Shown here: in pieces, positions 10,792 through 20,563 of the stretch | Position numbering within the stretch: the first letter of the stretch is position 1 | Layout of the letters: the number at the start of each line of letters is the position of its first letter | Source of the DNA: Chloroflexota bacterium | GTDB taxonomy: Bacteria; Chloroflexota; Limnocylindria; Limnocylindrales; CSP1-4 | Assembly (NCBI GenBank): GCA_003169735.1 | Contig: PNAP01000042.1 | Coordinates: forward strand, 23,612 to 87,611 | Length of the DNA: 64,000 nucleotides | Direction of reading: 5' to 3' | Notes under the pieces: generated by a model | Seen by the model: only the letters and a program-made list of their open reading frames with translations | What the model was told of the DNA's origin: nothing | Databases searched by the model: none | Position numbers and translations under genes: made by a program

Positions 10792-11775
10792 GTGCCCATC
10801 GCCCGACCGGTCGTCACGCCTCCCCGGCCAGCGACGCTCCGCGAGCGGCTGATCACGGCTACCCTCGCCGGTGGCGTGGCGCTCCTCCGTCATCTGCCCG
10901 AAGGGCTCGTGTTCCGTGCCGCGTATGCCGCCGGCCTGGCCGCGTGGCTCGTCGACAGGAAGCGGCGCACCCTGGTGCGCGCCAACCTGCGCCAGGTCTG
11001 TCTCGGCCTCCAGGCTCGCGGCCTAGCCTCGCCGACGATCAGCGCCGCCGCGTCCGATGAGCGGCAGCTCGCCCGGTTGACCCGGGCGGCGTTCGGGCAG
11101 TGGGCGGTCTCGTACGCCGAATCGGCCGTCGCGACCGGCTACTCGCCCGAGCGATTGCGAGCGCGCGTGTCGCTCCCCACGCCCGCCGCCGCGGCCGCGA
11201 CCGCGGCACTCGCGCCGGCGCGATCGGGCGAGGTCGGGCGCATCTTCGTCAGCCCGCACTTCGGCGCCATGGAACTGGCCGGCCTGTACGCGGTCCAGGT
11301 CTCGGGGCTGCGCGTTTGGGCGCCCATGGAGACCGTCGCCAACCCCGCCCTCCAGGCGTACTTCGAACGGACACGCGGCGCCAGCGGCATCGGCATCGTG
11401 TCCGCCGTGGGCGCTTCGTCCCATCTCCGCGATGCTCTTGCCGTCGGCGATGATGTGGCCATCGTCTCCGACCGGCCGATCGGCGGCCTCGGCGTCCGTG
11501 TCGAACTCCTGGGAGCGATCGCCCGAATGCCCGTCGGCCCAGCCGTCCTGGCGGTCGAATCGGGCGCCCCGGTCTATGCCATCGGTGTCGTCCGGACCGG
11601 CTGGGGCAGATGGTCCGCGCACATCGAGCGCCTCGACCTCCCGGCCGTCGGCACCCGCCGCGAGCGCCTGTCGGCGGTCCTCGATGCGCAGGCGAGAGCC
11701 TTCGAGCGCATCATCTCCGAAGCGCCCGAGCAATGGTGGGCGTGCCTCTTCCCCATCTGGGAGCGACGCGGCTGA
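10792..11775 (+). CDS. Second PatA/LpxL-like acyltransferase
   Basis: SPHFGAME, VSDRP, MPVGPAVLA, APEQWWACLFPIW; GTG 5 nt after the previous stop. Confidence 0.8.
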   Translation: MPIARPVVTPPRPATLRERLITATLAGGVALLRHLPEGLVFRAAYAAGLAAWLVDRKRRTLVRANLRQVCLGLQARGLASPTISAAASDERQLARLTRAAFGQWAVSYAESAVATGYSPERLRARVSLPTPAAAAATAALAPARSGEVGRIFVSPHFGAMELAGLYAVQVSGLRVWAPMETVANPALQAYFERTRGASGIGIVSAVGASSHLRDALAVGDDVAIVSDRPIGGLGVRVELLGAIARMPVGPAVLAVESGAPVYAIGVVRTGWGRWSAHIERLDLPAVGTRRERLSAVLDAQARAFERIISEAPEQWWACLFPIWERRG

Positions 11776-12566
11776 TGGGCCGAGCGGATCCGCATATCCA
11801 CACGCTTGCCTCGGACGGCATCTCGACCGTCGCGGAGGTCCTCGATGCGGCCGTTGCCGCCGGGCTGGACGTCATCGCCGTGACCGATCATGAGCGCATC
11901 GATGCCGCTGTCGCGGCACAGAAGATGGCCGTGGCGCGCGCCCTGCCGCTCGAAGTCATCGTTGGCGAGGAGATCAGCACCCGCGGCGGCCATCTCGTCG
12001 GCCTGTTCATGACCGAGCGCATCCGACCGTGGTACTCGCTGCGCACGAGCGTGGCTCGGATCCACGAACAGGGCGGACTGGCCATCATCGCCCATCCCCT
12101 GGTGCCCTACCCGCTGTGCGCCAGTGCCAGGTCGATCCGGAGCCTGCTCGATGACGCTGACCCCATCTACCACCCCGACGCGATCGAGGCGTTCAACCCG
12201 ACGACGGCCGGCATGCGCTGGACGCGGACCCTGCCCGACTTCATCGACGAGATCGGGCGCGCGGCGGTGGGTGGCAGCGACGCGCATCGAGCATCGAACG
12301 TCGGTCGCGCGCTGACCACGTTCCCGGGTTCCACGGCCGAGGACCTGCGACGCGCCATCACCGCCCGTGAGACCGGCTGGGAAGGGACGCTCTATCCGCT
12401 GCGCTCCCAGTTGGTGATGTTCCGCGCCCAGCTCGGCAAGAACGCGCGAGCGCTGCGCGACGACGTCCGTGGCAAGCTCTTGCGCGACGGTACCGGCCGC
12501 GACCTCGGGTATCCCGGCGGCCGGCAACGCCCGGCTCGCTTCGACGAAGGCGGCACCGACCGATGA
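11775..12566 (+). CDS. PHP-domain phosphoesterase
   Basis: DPHIHT..SDG, AVTDH, GEE, AHP, GGSDAH; TGATG overlap with the upstream acyltransferase. Confidence 0.88.
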   Translation: MGRADPHIHTLASDGISTVAEVLDAAVAAGLDVIAVTDHERIDAAVAAQKMAVARALPLEVIVGEEISTRGGHLVGLFMTERIRPWYSLRTSVARIHEQGGLAIIAHPLVPYPLCASARSIRSLLDDADPIYHPDAIEAFNPTTAGMRWTRTLPDFIDEIGRAAVGGSDAHRASNVGRALTTFPGSTAEDLRRAITARETGWEGTLYPLRSQLVMFRAQLGKNARALRDDVRGKLLRDGTGRDLGYPGGRQRPARFDEGGTDR

Positions 12567-12594
12567 TGCCGAAGGCGACGCTGAGGGACGCTCT

Positions 12595-13785
12595 GTGAAG
12601 ATCGGGCTCGTGACGCCGTACATCTATCCCCTGCCGGGCGGTGTCAACGCCCACGTCGCGTATCTCTACGAGAACCTCATCGCGCGCGGCCACGACGTGC
12701 GCATCATCAGCTCGACGCACGGGCCACAGAAGGCCACCGAAGGCGACGTCATCCGGCTCGGCTACGGCTTCTCGGTCCCCACCAACGGCTCGGTCGGGAC
12801 GCTCACCTTCTCGCACCGCTACGGATCGCTCGTCCAGGAGGTGCTCGATCGAGAGCGCTTCGACATCCTCCATTTCCACGAGCCGTTCGTGCCCTTCCTG
12901 TCACTCCAGCTGTTGCGATCGTCGACCAGCGTCAACATCGCGACGTTCCATGCCTATGCCGGCTGGAGCCCGTCCTACGAGTTCGGCAAGCGCGCCCTGA
13001 AGCGGTTCGCGGCGCGGCTCGACGGCCGCATCGCGGTCAGCGCGGCCGCCCGCCACTTCATCGACCACTATTTCCCGGGCGATTACAAGGTCATCCCCAA
13101 CGGTGTCGACCTCAAGCGTTACCAGGATGTCCGGCCGTTCGCCCGCTGGCGAGACGGCACCGCCAACATCCTGTATGTCGGGCGCTTCGAGAGCCGCAAG
13201 GGCGTTCTGTACCTGCTCAAGGCCTATCGCACGCTACGCAGGGAAGGTTTCGACTGCCGGCTGCTGTTGGTCGGGCGCGGCCCGCAGGAGCGCGAGGCAC
13301 GGCGCTACGTGGCGACGCGACGGCTCCAGGGCGTCGAGTTCCTCGGCCGTGTCAGCGACGACGACAAAGTCCGCTACTTCGAGACGGCCGACGTCTTCGT
13401 CTCACCGGCCACCGGCCAGGAGTCGTTCGGCATCGTGCTGCTCGAGGCGATGGCCGCAGGCACGGCCATCGTGTGCAGCGACATCCATGGCTACAAGGGC
13501 GTCGTCCGGCGCGGCGAACAGGCGCTGCTGGTGCCACCGCGCGACCCCGAGGCGCTCTATGAGGCTATCGCCCGGTTGCTCAAGGATTCGGATCTCCGGG
13601 CGCGCATGGGGGCCTCCGGGCGAGCACGAGCGGTCCAGTACAGCTGGGAGAACATCACCGCCAAGGTCGACGATTACTACGGATTCGTCATCCGTCGATT
13701 GGCCGCCCAGGGCCAGCTCCCGAGTGGATTCTCGGCGCCCATCCCGCCCGCGCCGAGGGCGCTGTTGGTCACTCCGGAGGATTGA
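12595..13785 (+). CDS. pimA: GT4 glycosyltransferase, phosphatidyl-myo-inositol alpha-mannosyltransferase-like
   Basis: PGGVNAHV, VPTNGSV, HFHEP, ATFH, RIAVS, IPNGVD and ESFGIVLLEAMAAG parallel mycobacterial PimA. Confidence 0.75.
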   Translation: MKIGLVTPYIYPLPGGVNAHVAYLYENLIARGHDVRIISSTHGPQKATEGDVIRLGYGFSVPTNGSVGTLTFSHRYGSLVQEVLDRERFDILHFHEPFVPFLSLQLLRSSTSVNIATFHAYAGWSPSYEFGKRALKRFAARLDGRIAVSAAARHFIDHYFPGDYKVIPNGVDLKRYQDVRPFARWRDGTANILYVGRFESRKGVLYLLKAYRTLRREGFDCRLLLVGRGPQEREARRYVATRRLQGVEFLGRVSDDDKVRYFETADVFVSPATGQESFGIVLLEAMAAGTAIVCSDIHGYKGVVRRGEQALLVPPRDPEALYEAIARLLKDSDLRARMGASGRARAVQYSWENITAKVDDYYGFVIRRLAAQGQLPSGFSAPIPPAPRALLVTPED

Positions 13786-16700
13786 CCTCGCGCCCGCTGC
13801 GCCAGCCACGTGCCAGCACCATGGCGAAGATGCAGATGCCGATGACCGCGGCGGTGAACCACAGCGTCTCCGGGACGACCACCGAGCCCTGGTATGCCGC
13901 GTCGAGGTTGACCGAGAACTGGAAGTCGTAGTTCCAGGTGGGCAGCAACAGCAGGTAGGCCTGCCCGAACGAATCGGGCATCGGCATCCCGGTCAGGTTG
14001 GGATACCAGATGATGAACCAGAGGACCGCCGAGCCGACTGCGGCGATGACCCAGCGCCGTGGATCCCTGGTGCGCAGGGCATAGATCGCCGGGCCGATCA
14101 GCAGCAGCATCACGACCACGTAGAAGTCGTCGGCGCGCAGATCCATCGTCGCCACGACCGCGCCACTCAAGATGAACTGGGTGGCGACGATGACGACGGC
14201 CGCCACGGTCAGCACGGCCAGGATGGCGACCATCAACGAGACCTCGAGGCCGGACGCGCCGTCCCCGAACCGGATGACCGGCTCCGAGGAGGAGCGCCCC
14301 CGCTGACGACGGATGAGCTCGCCGATGACGATGGCGGCGACCACGAAGACGGCGATCGCTGCAGCCGTCGAGTCGGTGATGTCGAGCGACCGGGAAAGCG
14401 GGGTCGGCCCGCACGCCGCGCCGTTGGGGTGGATGGCGTTGGTCGCGGCAAGGCTGCATAAGGGCTCGCGCAGCAACCACAGGATGGGCGGGCCAAGGAT
14501 GGCGATCGCGCCCGCGACGCGCGCCAGCAGGAAGGTGCGCGATGAGGCGCCGTGCCAGAGCTCGGCCAGGAAATAGGCAAGGGCGAGGATCACGAACGGC
14601 AGGCTGGTGAAGAAGTGGTACTGGAACGTTGCCCGGTCGATGCGCGCCCAGGGCAGCCACAGCCCGAACATGGCCAGCACGATGAGCGTCAACGGCAGGC
14701 TCCGCCGCACCCATGCCTGCCACGAGGCGAAGATGACGGCCGGGATGCCGAGCCAGAAGATGACCAGGTTGCCGCTGTCGTAGATGACGCCCGTGGTCGA
14801 GTTGGCGAAGCTGTCCTGGTAGAACCAGACCGGCTTGAGATCGAGCGGCCAGGCCCACCACGGCGACGAGGCGGCGTGCCCCGCCCGCAGGTCGTTGTGG
14901 TAGTTGTACATCGCCTGGGTCAAGTCGAGAAGCGTCTGGCCGTTGTGCCCCGGCGGCCAGTCGTTGAGGATGCGATTGCCCGGCAGGAGCGCCCACGGGA
15001 TGTAGCTGATCACGTAGACGACGAGCGGGATGATGATCATGCAGCCGAGCGCGTAGATCCACGGGATGCCGCCGAACCACCCGGGCCGCAGCCAGCCCTC
15101 CGGCGATGGCGACGAAACGATGTCGTTGACACGCGTCGGGCGCGGTGGCGCGAGCGGTCCGATGCCGAAGCGCGCCAGGAGCCACGTCGCGCCATAGGCG
15201 AGGGCGGCAAGGAACAGCAACGCCGCGCCGGCCAGCATCAGGCCGTTGGGTGATTGCACGCCCCCCGACGCGCTGGCTGCCGGTGGCCCGGCTGCCAGGC
15301 CGGCCAGTACCAGCAGACCGCCGAGGCCAGCCGGCCCGACCACGACGAAGCGCAGCTCGTCGAGCGTGAACCGGACCGGCCGACGGACCATCGCCACGGC
15401 GAGCATCACGGTGAGCACGACCATCAACCCGAGGAAGAGGTAGTCGCGGTGCGGATCGGCCGTGCTCGGATCGGCGAGCAGACCGAGCCAGCCGAGAACG
15501 CCGGTCATCCCGATCATGCCCACCAGCGCGATGATCCGTCCCAGCGCCGAGCGCAACAGGATGGCCAGCACCACGACACCCATCGCGTACGCGCCCACCC
15601 ACTTGCTGCCGAGCGCGAGTCCGAGCAGGATCCCGACCAGTGGCAGGACCAGGGCCACGGCCAGCCGTCGTTTCCAGATGCCGAGATAGAGCGGCACGAA
15701 GAGCACCAGCGCGAGCACGATGAACGCGGCGACGTAGGTGTCGTTCATGGCGATGCGCGAGTTGGCGAAGGCCATCCCCTCGACGAGGGTGAGCAGCGCG
15801 GCGAGCAGCCCGATACTCCGACGGCGGAAGAAGAAGCGCGCCAGCAGGTAGATGCCGGCCGCCATCAGCGCGCCCATGATCACGCCCGGCAACCGCCACG
15901 CGAAGGCATGCGATCCGATGTCGACACTGGCCATCGAGCCGGTGGCCGAGAAAGCGAGCAGATCCTGGCGATCGTCGGCCGGGCGATCGGGTTGGATGTC
16001 CATGACCACGGCGCGTGGATCGAACGGCAGGCGGGCGTCGGCGTAGACGGCATTGCCGTGCGTTTCCACCACGTAGACGGTGTTGGCCGTGCCATCCGGC
16101 GTCAGACCCAAGACGTGGATCATGTTGCTCGAGGCGTCGAGGTAAACGTCGCGGATGACGCCGGGCATGGTCAGCGCCTGGCCCGCGCTCGGCCCGGTGC
16201 TGCGGATGGCGATGGGCACGAGGTCACTCGCTGATGCCGCGTACACCGTCGGCACGTTAGCGTCGCCGCAGCCGCAGTTCGAATCAAGGACGAGGCCGGT
16301 GACCGGTGCGTCCGTATCGACCGTCTGGAGCGAATCGAGCGAGACGGTATCAAGGACGGTCACGCCCGCCGTGCCGCCGACCGCGACCGTGGGGCCCGAC
16401 TCGATCGAGGTGCCGGCCAGGGTCCCAGCGTCGATGCTGTTCTGCAGGGTCGTCGTCGTGGCGTCATCGACATACGCGGCGACCGTGACCGGCCGCGTCG
16501 CGGCCGTCAGCAGGGCACTGATCCGATCCGGGTCGTCGCCGAGGATGTCGGCCAGCTGCGTCGCGAGCTTCGTGACGTCGGTGACCTGCGCAGGGTCGAC
16601 CACGATGCGACTGGCCGACGGTGCGCGGGACACCGCCGCGGCGCCATCGACGTTCGTCTCGCCGGTCTGGTCACCGGTCACGCCATCAAGGCTGACCAGC

Positions 16701-19075
16701 TCGCCGTTCGAAGCCAGGGCGATGAGCGAACCGTCGCTCGCCTCCAGGCTCCTGACCTGATCGGCCTTGCTCGGCAGCGTCGCGAACGAGGTCGGCAAGG
16801 GCAGCGCGTGACTGGCGTCGCGTCGGAGATCGTCCAACTGGAGCGTGGAGAAAGACCACACCGTGCCGCCCGCGTCGGCAGCGAACAGCGTGTGGCTGCC
16901 CTCGTCCACCGCCACGGCCTGCGCGGCGATGGGCAACGTGGCCACGAGGTCACGCTCGGCGAGGTCGTAGACGCGGACGTCCGAACCGGTCGCCAGGTAG
17001 AGCCGATCCCCGTCTCGCTCGCTGGCGTCGTCCGCCGGGCTCCAGCGTGTCTCGAGCGCGGCGTCGGTGACGTCTGCGCCCAGATCGGCGGTGGCCGTCA
17101 CCTGGTCGTCGCCGAACAGGATCAGGCCGATGGCTATGCTGTACTTGGCGATGTGCGGGTGCGTGAACTCGTAGATGGAGTGCGGCTCGCCATAGCGCCA
17201 GTCCTGGAGGAACTCGGTCGCCGTCCGCGCGTGATAGACCTCGTCGAAGTGCATGTCGAACGGCTCGCCGAGGCGATAGGTGCGCAGCGCCATGGCGGCC
17301 ACGACGACGAGGATGACGATGAACAGGTCGAGCTTGTCCAACCGGCCGACCGGTTCGTGATCCAGCTCCTTCGAGCGATCGCGGCGCAGCATCGGCACGC
17401 GCAGCTTCCCCTCGAACCACCGCAGGACGCTCGATCCCTCGTTGTCCAAGACGACTGGCGGCAGGTCGCCAAGTGGCGCCACGGCTGATGCGGCCGACCC
17501 CGTCGATGCGTCCAGCGCCGAGCCCGGCCACAAGGCGGGCCCGGTTCCGGCGGCCGCGCCAGCAGCGGCATCGCCACCGTCGGCGTCCAGTGGATCTCTG
17601 GCGGGTGGCGGGACGGCACTGACGCCGCCCGCCATCACCACGCGTGCCAGCGGGTCGGGATGCGCCACCGCCGAACGTCGCATCTGCCAGGCCACGAAGA
17701 TGAAGACACCGGTCTGGAGGAGCACGCTGGCGACGATCCACGGGAACGTCCGGAAGGTATCTCCGTAGGGCAGCCCCTGCAGGTTGTCCGTGCCGTAGCC
17801 GCTCGTCAGCAGGATGCCGTGCAGGTTGATGAACGAACCGACGGCCATCGCCACGAGCGCCGTACGCCAGCGCTGGGCGGCTACGGCGAGCAGCGGCAGG
17901 AAGGCGAAGACAGGGAAGGCGTAGCGCTCGTGGACGCGAGTGGGCAGGATGAAGAAGCAAAGGCTGAGGAATGCGGCCACCACCACGATCGACCACCGGT
18001 CGGCCCGCCAGAGCAATCGGAAGAATCCGACCAGGAACCCGATGACCAGCAAGGCGGTGCCGATGCCGAAGCCCGAGATCGGCCCGAGCAGACCCACGAG
18101 ATCGTTGGACCAGCCCCCGCCAGACGCCAGCGGCGCCGCACCGCCCGAGCCGATGAGCGCCCACGGGTTGTAGGCGTTGGTCGACAAGTAGGTGTATTCG
18201 CTGGCCGTCCGCCCGATGAACACCGCGAAGCTGATGGGATCGAACCCGAACGGCACGATGATCGCCAGCAGGACGACGAACCCGACCAGTGCGCTCGAGA
18301 GCAGCCGCGGCCAGCCCTGTTCGTTGACGAGCCAGTCAGCGAGGCGCCCCGGAAGCCGCGGCCGGTGACGCGGACCGGTACCCGGTGCCAGCAGGTGCCG
18401 GCGCAGCAGCACCGCCGCCACGATGGGCAGCATCACGAGGCCGAACTGTGGCTTGATGGTCAGCGCGAGGACGGCACCGGCCGTAGCGCCCTCCGAGTGG
18501 CCGCGCAACAGGAGGGCGAGGGTCACCAGCATCACGAGCGCGCCTACGGCGTCGGTCTGGCCCCAGATCGCCGAGTCGTACCACGTCACCGGGTTGAACA
18601 GGTAGATGGCCGCGGCGATCAGCCCGAGCCGGACCGCGTTTCGCCCCGGGACCGAGGACCAGCCCTTGACCATCCGATACAGCAGGTACCCGATGGCCAG
18701 GTCGGCCAGCATCGCTGGGAGCTTGATGAGCGTCGTGTAATCGGTGTCCGTGCCGATCCCGAGGTTGCGCGCAGCCTGGGCGATGAGGCCGAGGGGCCAC
18801 AGGACGTACAGGTACCCAGGCGGGTAATCGGCGAAGTTGACGTTGGCGTAGAAGCCGCCCGGACCGAAGTGGGCCATCGCATCGGCCCAGCCCTTGTACG
18901 AGCTGATGTCCGACCCGAAGCCCGATCCGGGGAAGAGGATGTATGCGATAGTGAAGCGAAGGGCGAATCCCGCCAGCAGCAGCAGGGCGATCGCCGGGAT
19001 CGTGCTGAGCGCTCGAGGCGGGCGTCCGGACGCCCCGGGGACGCGATCGACTCCACGCGCCGGGGTCGAAGTCAA
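13769..19075 (-). CDS. Giant polytopic GT-C fusion: N-terminal lipid-carrier-dependent GT plus PMT-like (GT39) mannosyltransferase with a large extracytoplasmic insertion
   Basis: N-part DYPP, WGQTD, IKPQ, HERY; C-part FDEVYH, THPHIAK, AWRLPG, SRIAMND, SKW, HAASSPWWAWP, FQYHF. Confidence 0.8.
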   Translation of the reverse strand: MTSTPARGVDRVPGASGRPPRALSTIPAIALLLLAGFALRFTIAYILFPGSGFGSDISSYKGWADAMAHFGPGGFYANVNFADYPPGYLYVLWPLGLIAQAARNLGIGTDTDYTTLIKLPAMLADLAIGYLLYRMVKGWSSVPGRNAVRLGLIAAAIYLFNPVTWYDSAIWGQTDAVGALVMLVTLALLLRGHSEGATAGAVLALTIKPQFGLVMLPIVAAVLLRRHLLAPGTGPRHRPRLPGRLADWLVNEQGWPRLLSSALVGFVVLLAIIVPFGFDPISFAVFIGRTASEYTYLSTNAYNPWALIGSGGAAPLASGGGWSNDLVGLLGPISGFGIGTALLVIGFLVGFFRLLWRADRWSIVVVAAFLSLCFFILPTRVHERYAFPVFAFLPLLAVAAQRWRTALVAMAVGSFINLHGILLTSGYGTDNLQGLPYGDTFRTFPWIVASVLLQTGVFIFVAWQMRRSAVAHPDPLARVVMAGGVSAVPPPARDPLDADGGDAAAGAAAGTGPALWPGSALDASTGSAASAVAPLGDLPPVVLDNEGSSVLRWFEGKLRVPMLRRDRSKELDHEPVGRLDKLDLFIVILVVVAAMALRTYRLGEPFDMHFDEVYHARTATEFLQDWRYGEPHSIYEFTHPHIAKYSIAIGLILFGDDQVTATADLGADVTDAALETRWSPADDASERDGDRLYLATGSDVRVYDLAERDLVATLPIAAQAVAVDEGSHTLFAADAGGTVWSFSTLQLDDLRRDASHALPLPTSFATLPSKADQVRSLEASDGSLIALASNGELVSLDGVTGDQTGETNVDGAAAVSRAPSASRIVVDPAQVTDVTKLATQLADILGDDPDRISALLTAATRPVTVAAYVDDATTTTLQNSIDAGTLAGTSIESGPTVAVGGTAGVTVLDTVSLDSLQTVDTDAPVTGLVLDSNCGCGDANVPTVYAASASDLVPIAIRSTGPSAGQALTMPGVIRDVYLDASSNMIHVLGLTPDGTANTVYVVETHGNAVYADARLPFDPRAVVMDIQPDRPADDRQDLLAFSATGSMASVDIGSHAFAWRLPGVIMGALMAAGIYLLARFFFRRRSIGLLAALLTLVEGMAFANSRIAMNDTYVAAFIVLALVLFVPLYLGIWKRRLAVALVLPLVGILLGLALGSKWVGAYAMGVVVLAILLRSALGRIIALVGMIGMTGVLGWLGLLADPSTADPHRDYLFLGLMVVLTVMLAVAMVRRPVRFTLDELRFVVVGPAGLGGLLVLAGLAAGPPAASASGGVQSPNGLMLAGAALLFLAALAYGATWLLARFGIGPLAPPRPTRVNDIVSSPSPEGWLRPGWFGGIPWIYALGCMIIIPLVVYVISYIPWALLPGNRILNDWPPGHNGQTLLDLTQAMYNYHNDLRAGHAASSPWWAWPLDLKPVWFYQDSFANSTTGVIYDSGNLVIFWLGIPAVIFASWQAWVRRSLPLTLIVLAMFGLWLPWARIDRATFQYHFFTSLPFVILALAYFLAELWHGASSRTFLLARVAGAIAILGPPILWLLREPLCSLAATNAIHPNGAACGPTPLSRSLDITDSTAAAIAVFVVAAIVIGELIRRQRGRSSSEPVIRFGDGASGLEVSLMVAILAVLTVAAVVIVATQFILSGAVVATMDLRADDFYVVVMLLLIGPAIYALRTRDPRRWVIAAVGSAVLWFIIWYPNLTGMPMPDSFGQAYLLLLPTWNYDFQFSVNLDAAYQGSVVVPETLWFTAAVIGICIFAMVLARGWRSGREVNPPE

Positions 19076-19107
19076 CGCCGACCGGCCTCCAACGGGAAAG
19101 CGATGAG

Positions 19108-20529
19108 GTGACCGGCAGTATAGAGGATGGGGCGTCGGGAACGGGCCGGGCGGGCGTCCTCGATCGCATCCATCCGGCGTGGATCGGCTTGGGACTGGCC
19201 CTGGTCGCGCTTGTCGTCTACATCCTGTGCAACCCGGCGCGGCAGAACTTCTACGACCACTTCGTGTGGCAGGCGGACGCCTGGCTGCACGGGCGCGCGG
19301 CGATCACGTGGCCGGTCTCCGACGGGCCCTTCACCAACGCCTATTTCCAGGACGTCTACCCGTGTTCCGCGACCGGCCCGCCGCCGCTGTGCGACCCGAA
19401 CGGCTACGGGTTGCTGCCGTTCCCGCCGCTGCCGGCGGTCGTGCTGCTGCCGTTCGTGGCGCTCTTCGGGCTGGCGACGAACGCGGCGCTGGTCGCGGCA
19501 GTCCTCGGTGCGATCAATGTCGGGCTGTGTTGGCGGATGGTCACGCGCGTCACCGAGCGTCGCGGCGCGGCCGTCCTCGCCACCGCGTTCTACGGCTTCG
19601 GCACGGTGGCGTGGTACGCGGCGATGCTGGGCAGCACCTGGTTCCTCGCTCACGTCGTGGCCTCGACGTTCCTGTTCATTGGCATCACTGCTGCTTTGGA
19701 CGCCGAGGCGAGGCAGCGGGTTTCCGGCGGCGTTCGACTGATCCTCGGGGTCATCGATCCGCGCCAGTTCCTGGCCGGCCTTCTGTTCGGGATGGCGGCC
19801 ACGGCGCGCCTCACGACCATCCTCGGAGCGCCGTTCTTCGCGTTCGTTGGCGGCGGCGGGAACCTCTGGCGGCGAGCCTTCTCGGCGGCGCTCGGTGCCG
19901 CCATCCCGGTGGCGATGCTGCTCGGGTACAACGTGATCACGACCGGCCATCCCTTCCACCCCGGCTACGACTACCTGGCGCGCACGGAGTACCACCCCAA
20001 AGCCGACTTCTATCACGCTGACTGGGCCATCGAAGACCCCCGCTACGTGATCCAGAACGCGCAGATCCTGTTCCTGTGGCCGCCGCAGACGCCGGCCTCG
20101 TCCGACCCGGTCTGCACCGACCCGAACGACCCGAACTACCACCCGCCTCCGACCGGCCTCGGCATCATCTTCGATCCGACCTGTCCGATCCTCCGCCCCG
20201 ACCCTCTGGGCATGAGCCTGTTGCTGACCAGCCCGGCCTACCTCCTGGCCATCCCGCCACTCATCGGGCTGCGGCGACGGAAGCGTCGCCTGGTGGTCGG
20301 AGCCGGGCTGGCGGTCGGTGCCGTCGCGCTCGTCAACCTGATGCACTTCAGCCAGGGCTGGGTCCAGTTCGGCTATCGGTTCAGCAACGACTTTGCGCCG
20401 TTCGCGATGATCGCCGTGGCACTCGGCATCGCGCGGCTGCGGTCGCGCTGGTTGGCCGTGGCCCTGGTCGTGGCCTCGATCGTCATCAACGCGTGGGGCG
20501 TCTATTGGGGCGTCACGCTGGGCTGGTAA
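19108..20529 (+). CDS. Polytopic membrane protein, probable GT-C-fold glycosyltransferase
   Basis: QADAWLHGR, FPPLPAVVLLPF, ~11 TM helices, GWVQFGYRFSND; beside a GT2 gene. Confidence 0.6.
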   Translation: MTGSIEDGASGTGRAGVLDRIHPAWIGLGLALVALVVYILCNPARQNFYDHFVWQADAWLHGRAAITWPVSDGPFTNAYFQDVYPCSATGPPPLCDPNGYGLLPFPPLPAVVLLPFVALFGLATNAALVAAVLGAINVGLCWRMVTRVTERRGAAVLATAFYGFGTVAWYAAMLGSTWFLAHVVASTFLFIGITAALDAEARQRVSGGVRLILGVIDPRQFLAGLLFGMAATARLTTILGAPFFAFVGGGGNLWRRAFSAALGAAIPVAMLLGYNVITTGHPFHPGYDYLARTEYHPKADFYHADWAIEDPRYVIQNAQILFLWPPQTPASSDPVCTDPNDPNYHPPPTGLGIIFDPTCPILRPDPLGMSLLLTSPAYLLAIPPLIGLRRRKRRLVVGAGLAVGAVALVNLMHFSQGWVQFGYRFSNDFAPFAMIAVALGIARLRSRWLAVALVVASIVINAWGVYWGVTLGW

Positions 20530-20563
20530 TCGAGGCGCAAGGATCGCGCCCTACAATCGGCCA

